A stretch of DNA of 64,000 bases from Chiloscyllium plagiosum. Its lineage: Eukaryota. Location: contig NC_057719.1 in NCBI RefSeq assembly GCF_004010195.1, forward strand, positions 62,126,079-62,190,078. The letters are read 5' to 3'. Below the pieces are notes generated by a model, which saw only the letters and a program-made list of their open reading frames with translations, did not search any database and had not been told where the DNA came from. Position 1 is the stretch's first letter. Every line of letters starts with the position of its first letter. Positions 24,589-36,695 of the stretch are shown piece by piece. The translations under genes were made by a program, and so were the position numbers.

Positions 24589-25407
24589 AAGTCCAATATG
24601 ACCCTTTTTTCAGAAACCTCTCTTTCTCCTGTCTTGACCTACTTGGTGTTGCTATTTATATTGCACTCCTGAAGACTTAAAAGGCACTTAATAACATTAA
24701 TTACATTACATTTTAATGTGTATGGGTTCATGTTTGATCAATTCGTTTCATAATTGCAAGTTGTAGATGGTCACTGGGGTTTTGTTTCCTTAAGAGAGAT
24801 TTTTGAAAGCAAGACCATTTATTAAAACTGTTAGTGATTTGGAAATAACTCTAAAAAGAGCTCTGACAGAGGCCCAGTTACAGAAGTTCAAGAGAGTCAT
24901 TTATTCTTTCATTCTCTGGAGTGCACTTGTTTCATGATTTAAAAGAGGCCATAGTTCAGCTGAACTTTGCTAATCCAGCATGCACTGAAGTATTATATTT
25001 AAGTTTAATATTCAAGTCTAGAAGATACATAAAGACAAACCCCTCACAAGCTGTCCGAGAGTTGCACTAGACTGTCATCTTTTTGCAAGTATATTCTCGT
25101 CTGCAATCCCAAAGGCTTGGGATGGAGTCATTTCTGGATTATTTTTTGCATTTAAAATGTCTGAAACACAAAATGGTGATAAAACATTAAGCAGCAGTTA
25201 AAGACATGTGTTTTCACTCTTAGAGCCAGAGAGAGAAAAATCAAGAAGAGAGAAATGGACTGACAAATGGTACTCTAAGGTAAAACCTCCGGTTTTGTCA
25301 CCTTGCACAGCATTTTCCTGTGTGTCACAATCACAGCTCATCCTCTGCCATTTTCTACCCTCCGTCGAATGAATGATCAATTTGATTTTATTTATTGTCA
25401 CCTACCA

Positions 25408-26069
25408 TAGAATCCTTAGATTGTGGGAGCAGGCCATTTGGCCTATTAGGTCCGAACTGACCCTCCAAACAGCATCCCACCCTCCAAACAGCATCCCACC
25501 CACCCTGAATTTGTGTAACCCTGCATTTTGATTGGCTCATCGACCTGACCTGCACATCCCTGGATAGTAGGAGTAACGTAACATGGTCAGTCACCCTAAC
25601 TTGCACGTTTTTGGACTGTGGGAGGAAACTGTGGAAGAAACTCTACACAGACAGTCGCCCAAGGAGGGAGTTGAAACTGAGTCCTTGGTGCTATGAGGCA
25701 GCAGTGCTAACTTCTGAGTCACTGTGCTGCCATAGAATTAGAATTACAATCCCCCCAGTGTGGAAATAGGCCCTTTGACCCAACAAGTCCACACCGACCC
25801 TCCGCAGAGTATCCCACCCCGATCAATTATCCTACATTTTTCGCCTGACCGATGCACCTAACCTACACATCCCTGAACACTATGGGCAATTTAGCATGGC
25901 CAATTCACCTAACCTGCACATCTTTGGATTGTGGGAGGAAACTGGATTACCCAGAGGAAACATGTGCAGACATGGGGATAATGTGCAAACTCCAAATAGA
26001 CAGTAAACAAATCGAACCCAGGTCCCTGGTGCTGTGGGGCAGCATGCTAACCACTGAGCCACCATGCTG
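25408..26069 (-). mobile_element. Two adjacent HE1-type SINEs (25408-25731 and 25732-26069)
   Basis: Two consecutive reverse-complement HE1 bodies, each ending in the tRNA-like head. Confidence 0.85.
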
Positions 26070-26094
26070 TGTTTAAGATACAGTGAAACGTGGT

Positions 26095-26530
26095 TTATCA
26101 CCACAATCTGGCACCATTTTGGGATATAATAAATATTTTAAAAAATTACTTCAAGAAGGGTTCTTCATCTGTCCAAACTGGGACCTCAAGCAGGGTGTTC
26201 GGGCATCTGCAAGCTGTTCCGGTCCTTGAGGAGCCTTGTTTTGGAAACAGCAAAGAACATACTGATGCCCGAGGAGACCCTTTGCTGCTGCCATCTCCTC
26301 GCTGTCACTGCCAAGAGCTTCTGCTCTGGGCCTACCACTGCCAGGAGGTCAGGCTCCGGGGGCAAGGCCGCCACTTGGAGGAGTCCTGGATCACACCACT
26401 GACACTGCTATGGCCTTGAGGATGAAGATGAAGAAGCAAAGGAAAAAAGATAAAAAATATGTAGAGGAAACTATGTTGCCAGCATGGAGCAGATGAGCTC
26501 CAATGAGCCCAAACACCACCATCTTGAAAC
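26095..26530 (-). mobile_element. Unclassified short interspersed element with an AAGATGG-starting GC-rich head
   Basis: Ends ...CACCACCATCTTG on +, like 31553-31690, 35890-36695 and 37842-38157. Confidence 0.5.
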
Positions 26531-26696
26531 AATTTGGCTCCAAAATGTAGTTTGCAAAGTTGCATTGTCTGACCAGGAATATAACATGAACTGCGACAGT
26601 GAAAGTGCTGAATCCTAACCAACCGACCAGCAGTCTCAGATTTGTTTTGGTCTGTACTCATCAGGATAGATGTTAGAATGCCAAATTTTAAAAGGA

Positions 26697-27352
26697 CTTT
26701 GAAAGTGGAGTCGCAGGTAGATAGAATAGTGAAGAAGGTATTTGGTATGCTTTCCTTTATTGGTCAGAGTATTGAGTATGGGAGTTGGGAGGTCATGGTG
26801 CGGCTGTACAGGACATTGGTTAGGCCACTGTTAGGAAGGAGACCAGAATTGCACACAATATTCTATTGGAAACTTGAAAGGATTCAGAAAAGACTGACAA
26901 GGATGTTGCCAGGGTTGGCGGATTTGAGCTATAGGAAGAGGTTGAATAGGCTAGGGCTGTTTTCTCTGGAGTATGGGAGGCTGAGGGGTGACCTTTAGAG
27001 GTTTACAAAATCATGAGGGGCATGGATTGGGTAATTAGACAAGGTATTTTCCCTGAGGTAGGGGAGTCCAGAACTAGAGGGCATAGATTTAGGGTGAGAG
27101 AGGAAAAATATAAAAGAGACCTAAGGGGCAACTTTTTCACGCAGAGGGTGGTACGTGTATGGAATGATCTGCCAGAGGAAGTGGTGGAGGCTGGTACAAT
27201 TGCAACATTTAAGAAACATCTGGATGGGTATATAAATAGGAAGGGTTTGGAGGGATATGGTCCAGGTGCTGGCAAGTGGGACGAGATTGGGTTGGGATAT
27301 CTGATTGGATGGGTTGGACTAGGTCTGTTTCCATGCTGTACATCTCTATGAC
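26697..27352 (+). mobile_element. CR1/HER1-type LINE 3' fragment
   Basis: ORF pieces LKVESQVDRIVKK..., LYRTLVRPLL, LERIQKRLTRMLPGL, RLNRLGLFSLE..RLRGDL, RTRGHRF, FFTQRVVRVWN.LP, typical of the CR1 ORF2 C-terminus. Confidence 0.92.
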
Positions 27353-27430
27353 CAAACATTTATACTGCATGTGACATGGTGCTTATCGGTTGTCAAATTA
27401 ACTCTGATCAAATGAAGGATGTAAAACTCA

Positions 27431-27609
27431 GGTGGGCAAAGTTTAAAAAGCACACAACACCAGGTTATAGTCAACAGGTCTGTTTGAATGCACCAGCTTT
27501 TGGTTTGCTGCTCCTTGATGAAGCTTCCAAATAAACCTGTTGACTGTATCCTGGTGCTGTGTGATATTTAACTTTGTCCACCTCAGTCCGATACCGGCAC
27601 CTCCAAGTC
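27431..27609. mobile_element. Family B element in inverted (palindromic) arrangement
   Basis: Left arm CACACAACACCAGGTTATAGTCAACAGG is the reverse complement of right arm CCTGTTGACTGTATCCTGGTGCTGTGTG. Near-TSD AAAAC(C)TCAGGTG on both sides. Confidence 0.8.
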
Positions 27610-28181
27610 AAAACCTCAGGTGAACTCTGACTTTTTTTCTGCAACACTCCAGTTGAGTGGCAAGTCTGTAGCTTTCTTAGGTCTGCTCAATGCAATTTCC
27701 AGAGAATTAGTGTTGTTGGAATTCAAGTTGCCAGACTGGAGATGCTACAGAAGATGTTCAGTATCTTTTCACCATTCTCCAATAGACAAGTTTGGCTCAT
27801 GTGCCTTTTGAAGCAAACTTGGCAGGCGTGACTGCCTGGATCCCAACTGTGTGACCAACTCCATTTCTTCCCATCACCCATGTGCTGTCTGATTGACATT
27901 GGCTCATGGTCTGGCAATGCCTGGATTTTAAGTATTTATCCTGGTTCACATCCCTCAATACTGTCATCCTTCCCTAATTCTGTACTTTCCTTCAGTCCTG
28001 TAACACCCGAAAACCTGACATTCGTAAAATACTGACTTCCTCTGCATTGAATCATCTGTTTCTTCTGCTCCAGTTTTGGTGACTATGCCTTCAGCTGTCT
28101 TGGCCCTTACCTTTTGAAATTCCCTCCTTTTAAAGCTCAGTGCCACTCTGGTACTTTATTTCAAGACAACACTTAAAACTC

Positions 28182-28305
28182 ATTCCTGATGAAGGGCTTA
28201 TGTCCGAAATGTCGATTCTCCTGTTGGATGCTGCCTGACCTGCTGTGCTTTTCCAGCACTACACTCCACTCTGATCTCCAGCATCTGCAGTCCTCACTGT
28301 CTCCT
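28182..28305 (+). mobile_element. Family A element with near-intact hammerhead motif
   Basis: ATTC-CTGATGA-A-GGGC-TTAT-GTCC-GAA-ATGT-C-GATT at 28182-28217, then the family A body. Confidence 0.85.
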
Positions 28306-29888
28306 AGTACTTTAAACCTGTCTGTTTTAATGGAGCTTTTGGTGACCTGCCTAAAATCTGTGTGGCTTGGTGTCAAGTTTTATCTGATAATGCAAGTGCC
28401 TTGGGACAAGGCTTACAATGGATTTATGTAAAACATGAATGGGTGAGTTTTCTCAAGTATGTTAATCCATTCCTGGAGTATGCCTGCCAAATTTCAGTGA
28501 TATGGCCTTCTCCTGTTTCTAAAGAAATGGTAGAAAATGAGGTTCTTTTAACACAAATGGTCAGGGTACAACCTTACTCGATGAAATGGATGCTGGTTTT
28601 AAATTCTGCCAGTATTGATGAATGAATGTAAGTTTTGGGTGAAGCAATCACTTTTTCTGGTCTTTGCATTGCGATATTGAAGAAAAATATTTTGGAGCAA
28701 TTTTTCTCTCCTAATTTCCCTCTGAAGCTTTCTCTGGTTTAAATTGATTTTTATTGGCATTTGAAGCTGTTAAATTAAAACCAAATTTCCACAATTGCAT
28801 TTTCTTCTTGCTTGCTGATAGTTTAATGACTTTGAAATTTAATTTGCATAATATCATAAGGATAAAATGAAGATAGAAGTGTTTCCAAATTCTGAGCTCA
28901 GACGTTGAAAGGTTTTACTGGCTTTTGCTATCAGTACATTTTATTAGGGGAGCCATCAAGCACTAATTGTACCAAGTGCGTACATTTTCAAACCCACCAA
29001 ACAAAATAAGCCTGCAGTGAAGTTGCCAGCATTTGACCTATAAATCTGTTTTAATAATAACTGGACATTGACTTCGCAGGTTGTGAGAGCTGTTAGTTCA
29101 GTGCCTGTCCACTGCAGATTTTCATCTGTCTACTAGCTCTTGTTCTTGAACCCCACTCTCCAAACTGACTGCGCATCTGTTGGGAGTCTCATCTTGTTGC
29201 ACGTGTTGCCCGTCTCTCATTACATCCCAAACAGATCTCCCAGTTGCTCACTCCAGTGTTTCAGGTAGCTGCTAAAGACTCCATGGCATTATTTGAAGTA
29301 ATGGATCATAAGAAAGGAAACCGCTGATTAACTAACTGGTTGCTTGTCTCATTACCGTTTGGAGGAACTTTCCAAGTTGAGCATAGTTGCCTCATTTGAC
29401 CATGTAAAAATGCTGGTTCAAAGTCATTACTGTATTCAATGTTTAAATTAAATTGTTCTCTTTAGCCATATATTAACTTGCACTTGAAGGAAATTGGCAA
29501 TTGTTGCTACTTATGTTGAAGAAGTATGATGTGGAGGAATCCAAGATGGTTCCTTTCTCGGGAATATTATCTTTGCTTAACTTAGGTAATGTTTATGAAA
29601 TGGAAGAACTCTGTTCATTGTGGAAAGATTAAACTCCTCACCAAACATTCTTTTCCCCCTCTAAGCAGACTATACATCATGGTAAATAATACTCCCCATT
29701 ACAAAGCTCTCAGTGGGCCTTAATAAGGATGCCTGAGGTTCAAGTCAGTCTATAATGGGGAATAACAGACCAATCTCTTCACTGAGCTTGTTCCAGTTTA
29801 ACTTTGCATGACCATTAATGATGTCATCACCAATGCAAAATACTGCAGATACTGGAATTCTGACATGGAAATAAAAGTTGCAAAAAAG

Positions 29889-31257
29889 TGTTACAACACT
29901 GGGTAAATCCACCCCCCTGCCCCTGCTAATTTAAACCAGCAACACAGAAAAGGTTTAACCTCCTATTCCTTAAACAAATTACCATAACATACAGATAACT
30001 TTAAGTTCACCTTAACATTTTCCCAATAAAGGTACCTGCCAGTAACCACGTGTTAAGTCCAATTTGGTGATGTAACTGGCTTTACCGACTTTTTCGATAC
30101 AGTTCTCCAATCTAGGAATTGGATATGAGTCTGATTTTGTAGCAGCATTGACCTTCATGCAGAATCGTTGAGTCCCATCCGGTTTGGGAACTAAGATGAT
30201 CAGCGAACTCCACTCGCTCTGACTTGGTTCGATGATGTCCTCTTAGAGCATGGCCTCCACCTCCGTCTGGACCTGTCTGGCTTTGAAAGGATTAAGCTGA
30301 CAAGGGTGTTGTTTTATCAGAGCAGTATTCCCTAAAACTACTTCATGTACAATAACACTGGTCCTCCCCATGTGATTCTCACAAATGGCCTTGTATTGCA
30401 GTAACAAACCTTTCAACTGTATTCCACGCCCCTGAGACAGATAAAACTTACTAACCTATCCCACTCCTCAAGGACTTCTTCATTTTTTAATCTATTTTGA
30501 GGCACATAAAAATCCACATCATTTGGATTTGATTCCTCACTCTGCAGGGCTGTGAGTAACACCTGTTTCTCCAGTTCTTGCTCTCTGCTCGTTCTCGGGA
30601 GGGGACCGACACAATCAATTGTAACCCGTTTGAAAGGTTCTTCAAAAGCGGAAATGGACAACAAAGATGCTGGTTTTATTACCGCCTGTGGCTTACCTGC
30701 CATTTAGCATGTATTACATGTAGGGCAAAAGTTAACCACATCCTTGTGCATTCCAGGCCAATAAAAATGATTTTGTACTTTAGCCTGAGTCTTTCGTACC
30801 CCTATATGACCTTTACAGGTCATTCCTGTGTTACCTGTAACATCACCAGCAACACAATCTGGAGCACTTCGGCCCATTTCTACTCTGCACTAACCTGCCG
30901 TGATCTCCATTTCAATCTCAGAATTCTGTCTTTAAGATAATAACCCTCCGGAATATTCTCTGCCTCCTTTTCAGGATGACGCATCCACATATATATATTT
31001 TTTAATCGCCTTGTCTTGCTGTTGCAAGTCTCTTAGCCTTTCAGGACTAAACACTTCTGTCTGACCCTCTGCCTGTGCACGTTTTTCCTGCACTATTACA
31101 ACAAACAGGGTATCCACTAACTGAACCTCAGCTCCTTCATCTTTCTCTTCGCTTTTCACTTCGTGCTGTGACTTAACGATAGTGGGATATGATCACCACA
31201 CAGTCTGGGAAAATACCAGGATATTTCTGTTTTAATTCCTCAGTTTCTTTGTCTTCC
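29889..31257 (-). mobile_element. Ty3/gypsy LTR retrotransposon remnant of Gmr1 type (integrase upstream of RT), internally deleted, with a probable 3' LTR end
   Basis: Minus strand: HFYWPGM..C..C integrase zinc-binding region and PFKRVTIDCVGPLPRT (30413-30800), then RT IKQHP...EWSSLIILVPKPDGTQRFC...DSYPIPRLENCIEKVGKASYITKLDLTRGYWQVPL (~30028-30370). Terminus ...TGTAACA at 29889. Confidence 0.88.
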
Positions 31258-31552
31258 TCCGCACTGGGCCGCTCCCTCCGCCAGGGCCCCGCTCCGCACT
31301 GGGCCGCTCCCTCCGCCAGGTCCCGCTCCGCACTGGGCCGCTCCCTCCGCCAGGGCCCCGCTCCGCACTGGGCCGCTCCCTCCGCCAGGTCCCGCTCCGC
31401 ACTGGGCCGCTCCCTCCGCCAGGGCCCCGCTCCGCACTGGGCCGCTCCCTCCGCCAGGGCCCCGCTCCGCACTGGGCCGCTCCCTCGGCCAGGGCCCCGC
31501 TCCGCACTGGGCCGCTCCCTCGGCCAGGGCCCCGCTCCCTCAGCACTGGGCC
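31258..31552. repeat. GC-rich 34/35-bp minisatellite, about 8 copies
   Basis: Unit GCACTGGGCCGCTCCCTCCGCCAGGGCCCCGCTCC with a 34-bp variant (CCAGGTCCC). Copies nearly identical. Confidence 0.97.
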
Positions 31553-31689
31553 CCCCTTGGCCAGGGTCCCCGATCCCGTTTCAGAGGCCGGGTGTCCTAG
31601 GCCAGAAATCAGAAGAAAACCATGCGAGGAAAGGTGGAGAAAAGTGAGAATAAGAACAGGTGGAGCATCCTACTCTCGCCACCATCTTA

Positions 31690-32300
31690 CTAAAGAGTGT
31701 ATCCTGTCTATGTCCCTTAATATTGTGCATCTCAATCATGTCTCCTTGCAATCTTCTCTGCTCCAGGGGGGACGACCCTGGTCTGTCCAGACTCTCTTCA
31801 TAACTGACACACTTTAGCCCAGCCCTGGTTCATCTCCTCTGTGCTGTCCCCAGTACTATCATGTCCCTTGTATCATCTGGATTCCAAAAGTGTACACAAT
31901 AATCTATTTGTGGCCTAACCAACATTTTATACCGTTCCAGTATATGCTTCCTGCTTGTGAACACTCTGTCTTGGATAATAATGCAAGTATTTCGTATGCC
32001 CTCTTGACCACTTCATTGACCTGTCCTGATACTTTGAGACCAGTGATCTTGCAAACTAAAGTTCCTTTGGTTCTCAATGTCTTCAGGGTTCTACCATTCA
32101 TTGTGTACTCCCATATCTTGTTCGTCCTGCCAAACATAGCACTTTACATTTATCTGGATTAAATTCCACTTGCTACTAATCAACCTATCTGAGCCGGCAT
32201 TCTATATTACCCTGTAATCTAAGGTTAACCTCTTCAGTATTTACCACCCCTACCAATTTTAACATCATCTGCAAATTCACCTGATTAACCTTCCTATGTA
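31690..32300 (-). mobile_element. Old CR1 LINE fragment
   Basis: Minus-strand ORF 31904-32137 (YTMNGRTL...LKVSGQVNEVVKRAY) and a decayed FADD motif near 32270. Confidence 0.75.
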
Positions 32301-32532
32301 TTGGATGGTAACCCAATGTCTGAGCAATGCGTTCGTCTCTCTGTCGAGGAACTGAAGGCTAAGCGAGATGTGTTCATAATGCAGTCGAACAGGTAGAGTA
32401 TTATCCTGGGAAGAATGGGCAGAAGGAGCAGGAGAATCTTGTTGGTCACTCAGACTACAGCCTTTGGCTTTAGGCTAGTGATCTGTTCCATGAATAAGAA
32501 GCTATTCTAGTGGGGTGGAGGGAGCGGCCTAG

Positions 32533-33460
32533 TGTCATGGAGGTATACAGCATAGAAACAGTCCAACTCCATGCTGACCAGATATCCTGCGTTAATCTAA
32601 TCCCATTTGCCAGCATTTGGCCCATATCCCTCTCAATCCTTTCTATTTATTTACCCATCCAGATTCCTTTTAAATGTTGTGACTACTAGCCTACACCACT
32701 TCCTGTGGAAGCTCATTCCATACACGCACCACTCTTTGTGTATAAAAGCTGTCCCTAAGGTTTTTTTTAAAATCTTTCCTCTCTCACCCTAAACCAGTGC
32801 CCTCTAGTTTGGATTTCCCCAACCTGGAGAAAAGACCTTTGTCTATTTACCCTATCCATGGCCCTCAGCCTCCAATGCTTCAGGGAAAAACAGCCCCAGC
32901 CTATTCAGCCTCTCCCTATAGCTCAAATCCTCCAACCCTGGCAACATCTTTATAATCTTTGCTGAACCCTTTCAAGATTCACAACATTCCTTCTGATAGA
33001 AAGGAGACCAGAATTGCACACACTATTCCAGAAGTGGCCTAATCACCATATTGTACAGTGGCAACATGACCTCCCAACTCCTGTACTCAATACTCTGACC
33101 AATAAAGGAAAGCATACCAAACGCCGCCTTCACTATCCTAACTACTCCACTTTCAAGGAGCTATGGACCTGCACTGCAAGGTGCCTTTGTTCAGCAACAC
33201 TCCCTAGGACCTTACCATTAAGTGTATAAGTCCTGCTAAGATTTGCCTTTCCAAAATGCAGCACCTCGCATTTTCTAAATTAAACTCTATCTGCCACTCC
33301 TCAGCCCATTGGCCATCTGATCAAGATGCCGCTGTACTCTGAAATAATATTTTTCGCTGTCCACTACACCAATTTTGGTGTCATCCATAAACTTACTCAC
33401 CATATCTCCTATGATCACATCCAAATCATTTATATAAATGACAAAAAGCAGTGGACCCAG
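32533..33460 (-). mobile_element. CR1/HER1 LINE 3' fragment
   Basis: Reverse complement of CR1 ORF2 C-terminus and 3' UTR, similar to 38365-39218 and 51843-53745. Confidence 0.88.
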
Positions 33461-35889
33461 CAAATTGTGTGCTTTCTGTTTCCTGAGTCTCTAAGAAGGT
33501 TGTCTGCATCGAAGAGTGGTCCTGAAACAGATTGCTTGCTTGTTTGTTTGTTTAGTTAAACTCTTCTCTTAAATGCACATGTGGTTAGTTTTTGTTTGAA
33601 GTAATGCCAGTTGATTTGGGAGTAGTAACATTGCTTACTTGTTTTTACAGCCATCCACATTAAACAACCATTCTTTGCAGCACAGAAGAATACTGAAGTA
33701 AAGGCAGATGGAATCCCTTCCATCTTTCCTGGTCTGTCTTCCTGCTCTCATGCTTGTTAATGGCTCATGTATTAAGATGGCACAGATACCTGCTGCATGT
33801 GTCACACTATTGAATGAGTGCAAAGATTGTAATCATGTACAATTGGTTATTTATAAAACTTCTCCTCTGCATCCTCCACACCAACAAACAAAGCCTTTTC
33901 TTTTTGAGTTGAAGGTAATTTAGTTATATCATATTCTGTTAAGGCTTATGTTAAAGATTGAATCACTTAATTAATTATAAGCCTTCCAAAGTAGTCTTCT
34001 ATCTGAGGTAATTACTTGAATTGCTGTTGACTTCCCTCCTTCTGCTTTCATTATTTTATAACATGAACGACAGGAGTTAAATTTTTGTGGATGTGGTTGG
34101 CAGTGCGTTTATTGCCTGCTATTGATTTGATCATGCTGAATGAAAGATATGTTATAGGGCAGTTAAGAGGCAAGCAGTTGGTCTGAGAGCTGGAGAGTCA
34201 TACCAGATAAAAGTGACAGGTTTCTTTCCCTGAAACACTTAAATGCAAGGTTTTTGCTGTTGATGTGAACCATACCGAACAGCCAAGGCTGAATGCGCAG
34301 TACTGCTGCAAATGTGCTCAGATGATTTCTAAAGAGTGGAGAAACTATTCATGATTACTTTCTATATTCTGTTTTTTTAAAAATGTAATATTGTCTCAAG
34401 ATGTTTATATCATAAGGTCATTTTTGAAGTGGTGACATATTCTCAAAGGCTGTGCCTGAAATTGCCCTGTAATCAACAGTGAGATGGATAGCCAGCCTCC
34501 CTGACTGACTGACTGTTGACAAAACAATATTGGAAGGAGCATAACAGAGCTGGAAACACTGCTGTGGAGCCTTGACTGTCCTTTCATGATGCTGAAATCT
34601 GTTGTATGTGGAATGAAGGGTTAATTATACCTTTTACTCTGAAGAATCGGTATTGAGCCATGTGCATTAGTAGCTATGTCACAGAGACATGAACCCAAAG
34701 CCCGAGTTTGAGATTCCAGAAGATGACCTCTCTTACCATCCATTATGTATGGTTATACTTAGTAAAGCTTGTTAACATCCACATACACATGTCAGCCTGA
34801 TCTAACTGCATGATTTAATTTCCCATCTGAGAATGATGATGACCCACTGTCAAAACATGACGCTGAAATCAGAATTTGTACTCGAGCACTGCGCTGAAGC
34901 TGAAATTTGGTAATAAGCATACCTTTGTATTTGTTTGAATTTGCTAATTGTTCACTTGCAACTCAAAGTACTGCTGCTTTGAAATTGGGATACACCTACC
35001 ACTGTTGTCGCTTCATTAAACATCTGGTACAAGTTCAAGGCAACAATTTTTCTGTTTTTGAATTCTGGTAACTATTTATCCAAATGTTTTGGTCGGGGTA
35101 GTGGGTGGATAAAAGTGCATCTTGCTGCTGCAGGATGCAAGGGTTGAACATTCCAGTGAAGGCCTTAATTAAACAGCATTTGCCGTGAAGAGCTTGGTTA
35201 ATTAAAACCTGATGAGTCACGATCCACCATAAATGTATGCCAAGGTCACAGTCTTGCACCCTCGACAACAAATAACTATATTCTTTGCCACACTGAATGG
35301 ATTTTTAATTGTGAAATCCAGAAGCGTGGGATTAGTCATTGGCAGATGAAAGTGTGTCTTGTCTGCAAACAGCAGTCTTTACTTTGTGTAGCTTTCCTCT
35401 GTTTTGTAATGCATCGTCCAAGAAAGTATGCATTCGGCCCGAGTGAGAAGCGCAGATTATTAACGAAGAGTTTGCTTCGTACTTTGCTGAGCTGCTGAAA
35501 AAAGAATTGGGCAAACATTTTGCAGCAATTCAGAGGAGACTGCATCCAGTTACCAGGTGGTCTTGATTTCCATCTGAAATATGTAGAGTCGATTAAAATG
35601 TGGAGTTGGAAACAGTACAGCAGGTCAAGCAGCATCAGAAGAGCAGGAGAGTTGATATGTCGAGCAAGAACCCTTCATCAGGACATGTAGTAAAATGAAA
35701 CATGTAGTATATTTCACTGTGACGTGCAGGATTTTGTTTAAACAAGCCCCTTCCCTCGTCAGTAAACAAAATCTTATAATGGCTAATAAATGGCAGTAGT
35801 ATTTGAAAGTGTCTTTTCCTCTCTGACTTCTGTTTGCTTATCATATTGAGGAAGTCTGAATCTGAATTCTGAGTTAGCTTTACTGTCAA

Positions 35890-36695
35890 ATGAATACCGT
35901 GAAAAGTTTACAAGTTGCCACTTACTGCACCATCTTAGGTACAAGGTACCTAGGTACAGATTTTTCAGTGCAGGTAGTTCTTCTGTAATGCGATGTTTGC
36001 GTTCTTGTGCAACATTGCATTATAGAAAAATTGCACTTCAGAAACAGCATTTCATTGAGTTATAGGTCATTCAGCTATAACACACATTTCGTTAGTGCAA
36101 ATTTGCTGTAATATGATTGATGAATTGGGAGCGCCTGTTTCTAAAGTGCGAACTTCTAAAACATACATTGACTGTAATGCACTTACAATGTCAACACTTA
36201 AAGTGCTGTTTTTAAAGTTTCTATAATGCAGTGTTGTACAAGAACATGACTATCGCATTAAAGAAGATATGCCTGTACAGCCAACACACGTTTTAAAAGT
36301 TTGCGTTTTAGAAACAGTGTCCCTACTTCGTCAGTCAGGTTACAATGAATTCATGTTAATGAAATGGGCATTATATCAGAATGACCTGTACAAGTTCTCA
36401 GAAAACAAGGGAAAAATGAATAAATAGGAAGTCCAGTATTACAGATCGGATGAATAAATTGGAAATAGAGAAATAAGTTTGGAACGGTGGTCTTTCTGAC
36501 TGAGTCCATGTCGGCACCCCGTCTCCAGTTCACAAGAGGCCTTGATTCCAGACTTCGCCAGGCTTCATCTTGAGGCTGTCAAGGTCCCTGCTGAGGCTGA
36601 GAGTTCAGGACTTTGCCATGAAAAAAGGAGGGAAAAAGAAATGGATGGAGTGGCCAAACTCTGGTTGAAGCATCCTACCCTGCCACCATCTTTGG
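35890..36695 (-). mobile_element. AAGATGG-headed short element, interrupted by nested MITEs at 35971-36388
   Basis: Host sequence resumes after the TA at 36389. The end GCATCCTACCCTGCCACCATCTTTGG is shared with 31665-31690 and 38130-38157. Confidence 0.55.
35971..36388. mobile_element. Tc1/mariner (Tigger/pogo-like) MITE containing a second copy of the same family in opposite orientation (36063-36275)
   Basis: Outer termini CAGGTAGTTC...GAATGACCTG followed by TA. Inner copy TA|TAGGTCATTCAGCTATAAC...GAAGATATGCCTG|TA. Inner and outer sequences are reverse complements. A related copy lies at ~46558-46743. Confidence 0.75.

Noticed and set aside
31258-31552. CRISPR-like array (35-bp repeats)
   Set aside because: Units are contiguous with no unique spacers, there are no cas genes, and the context is vertebrate.
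31173-31647. Overlapping repetitive ORFs of 65-152 aa
   Set aside because: They are translations of the GC-rich minisatellite, which lacks stop codons. No evidence of a real protein.
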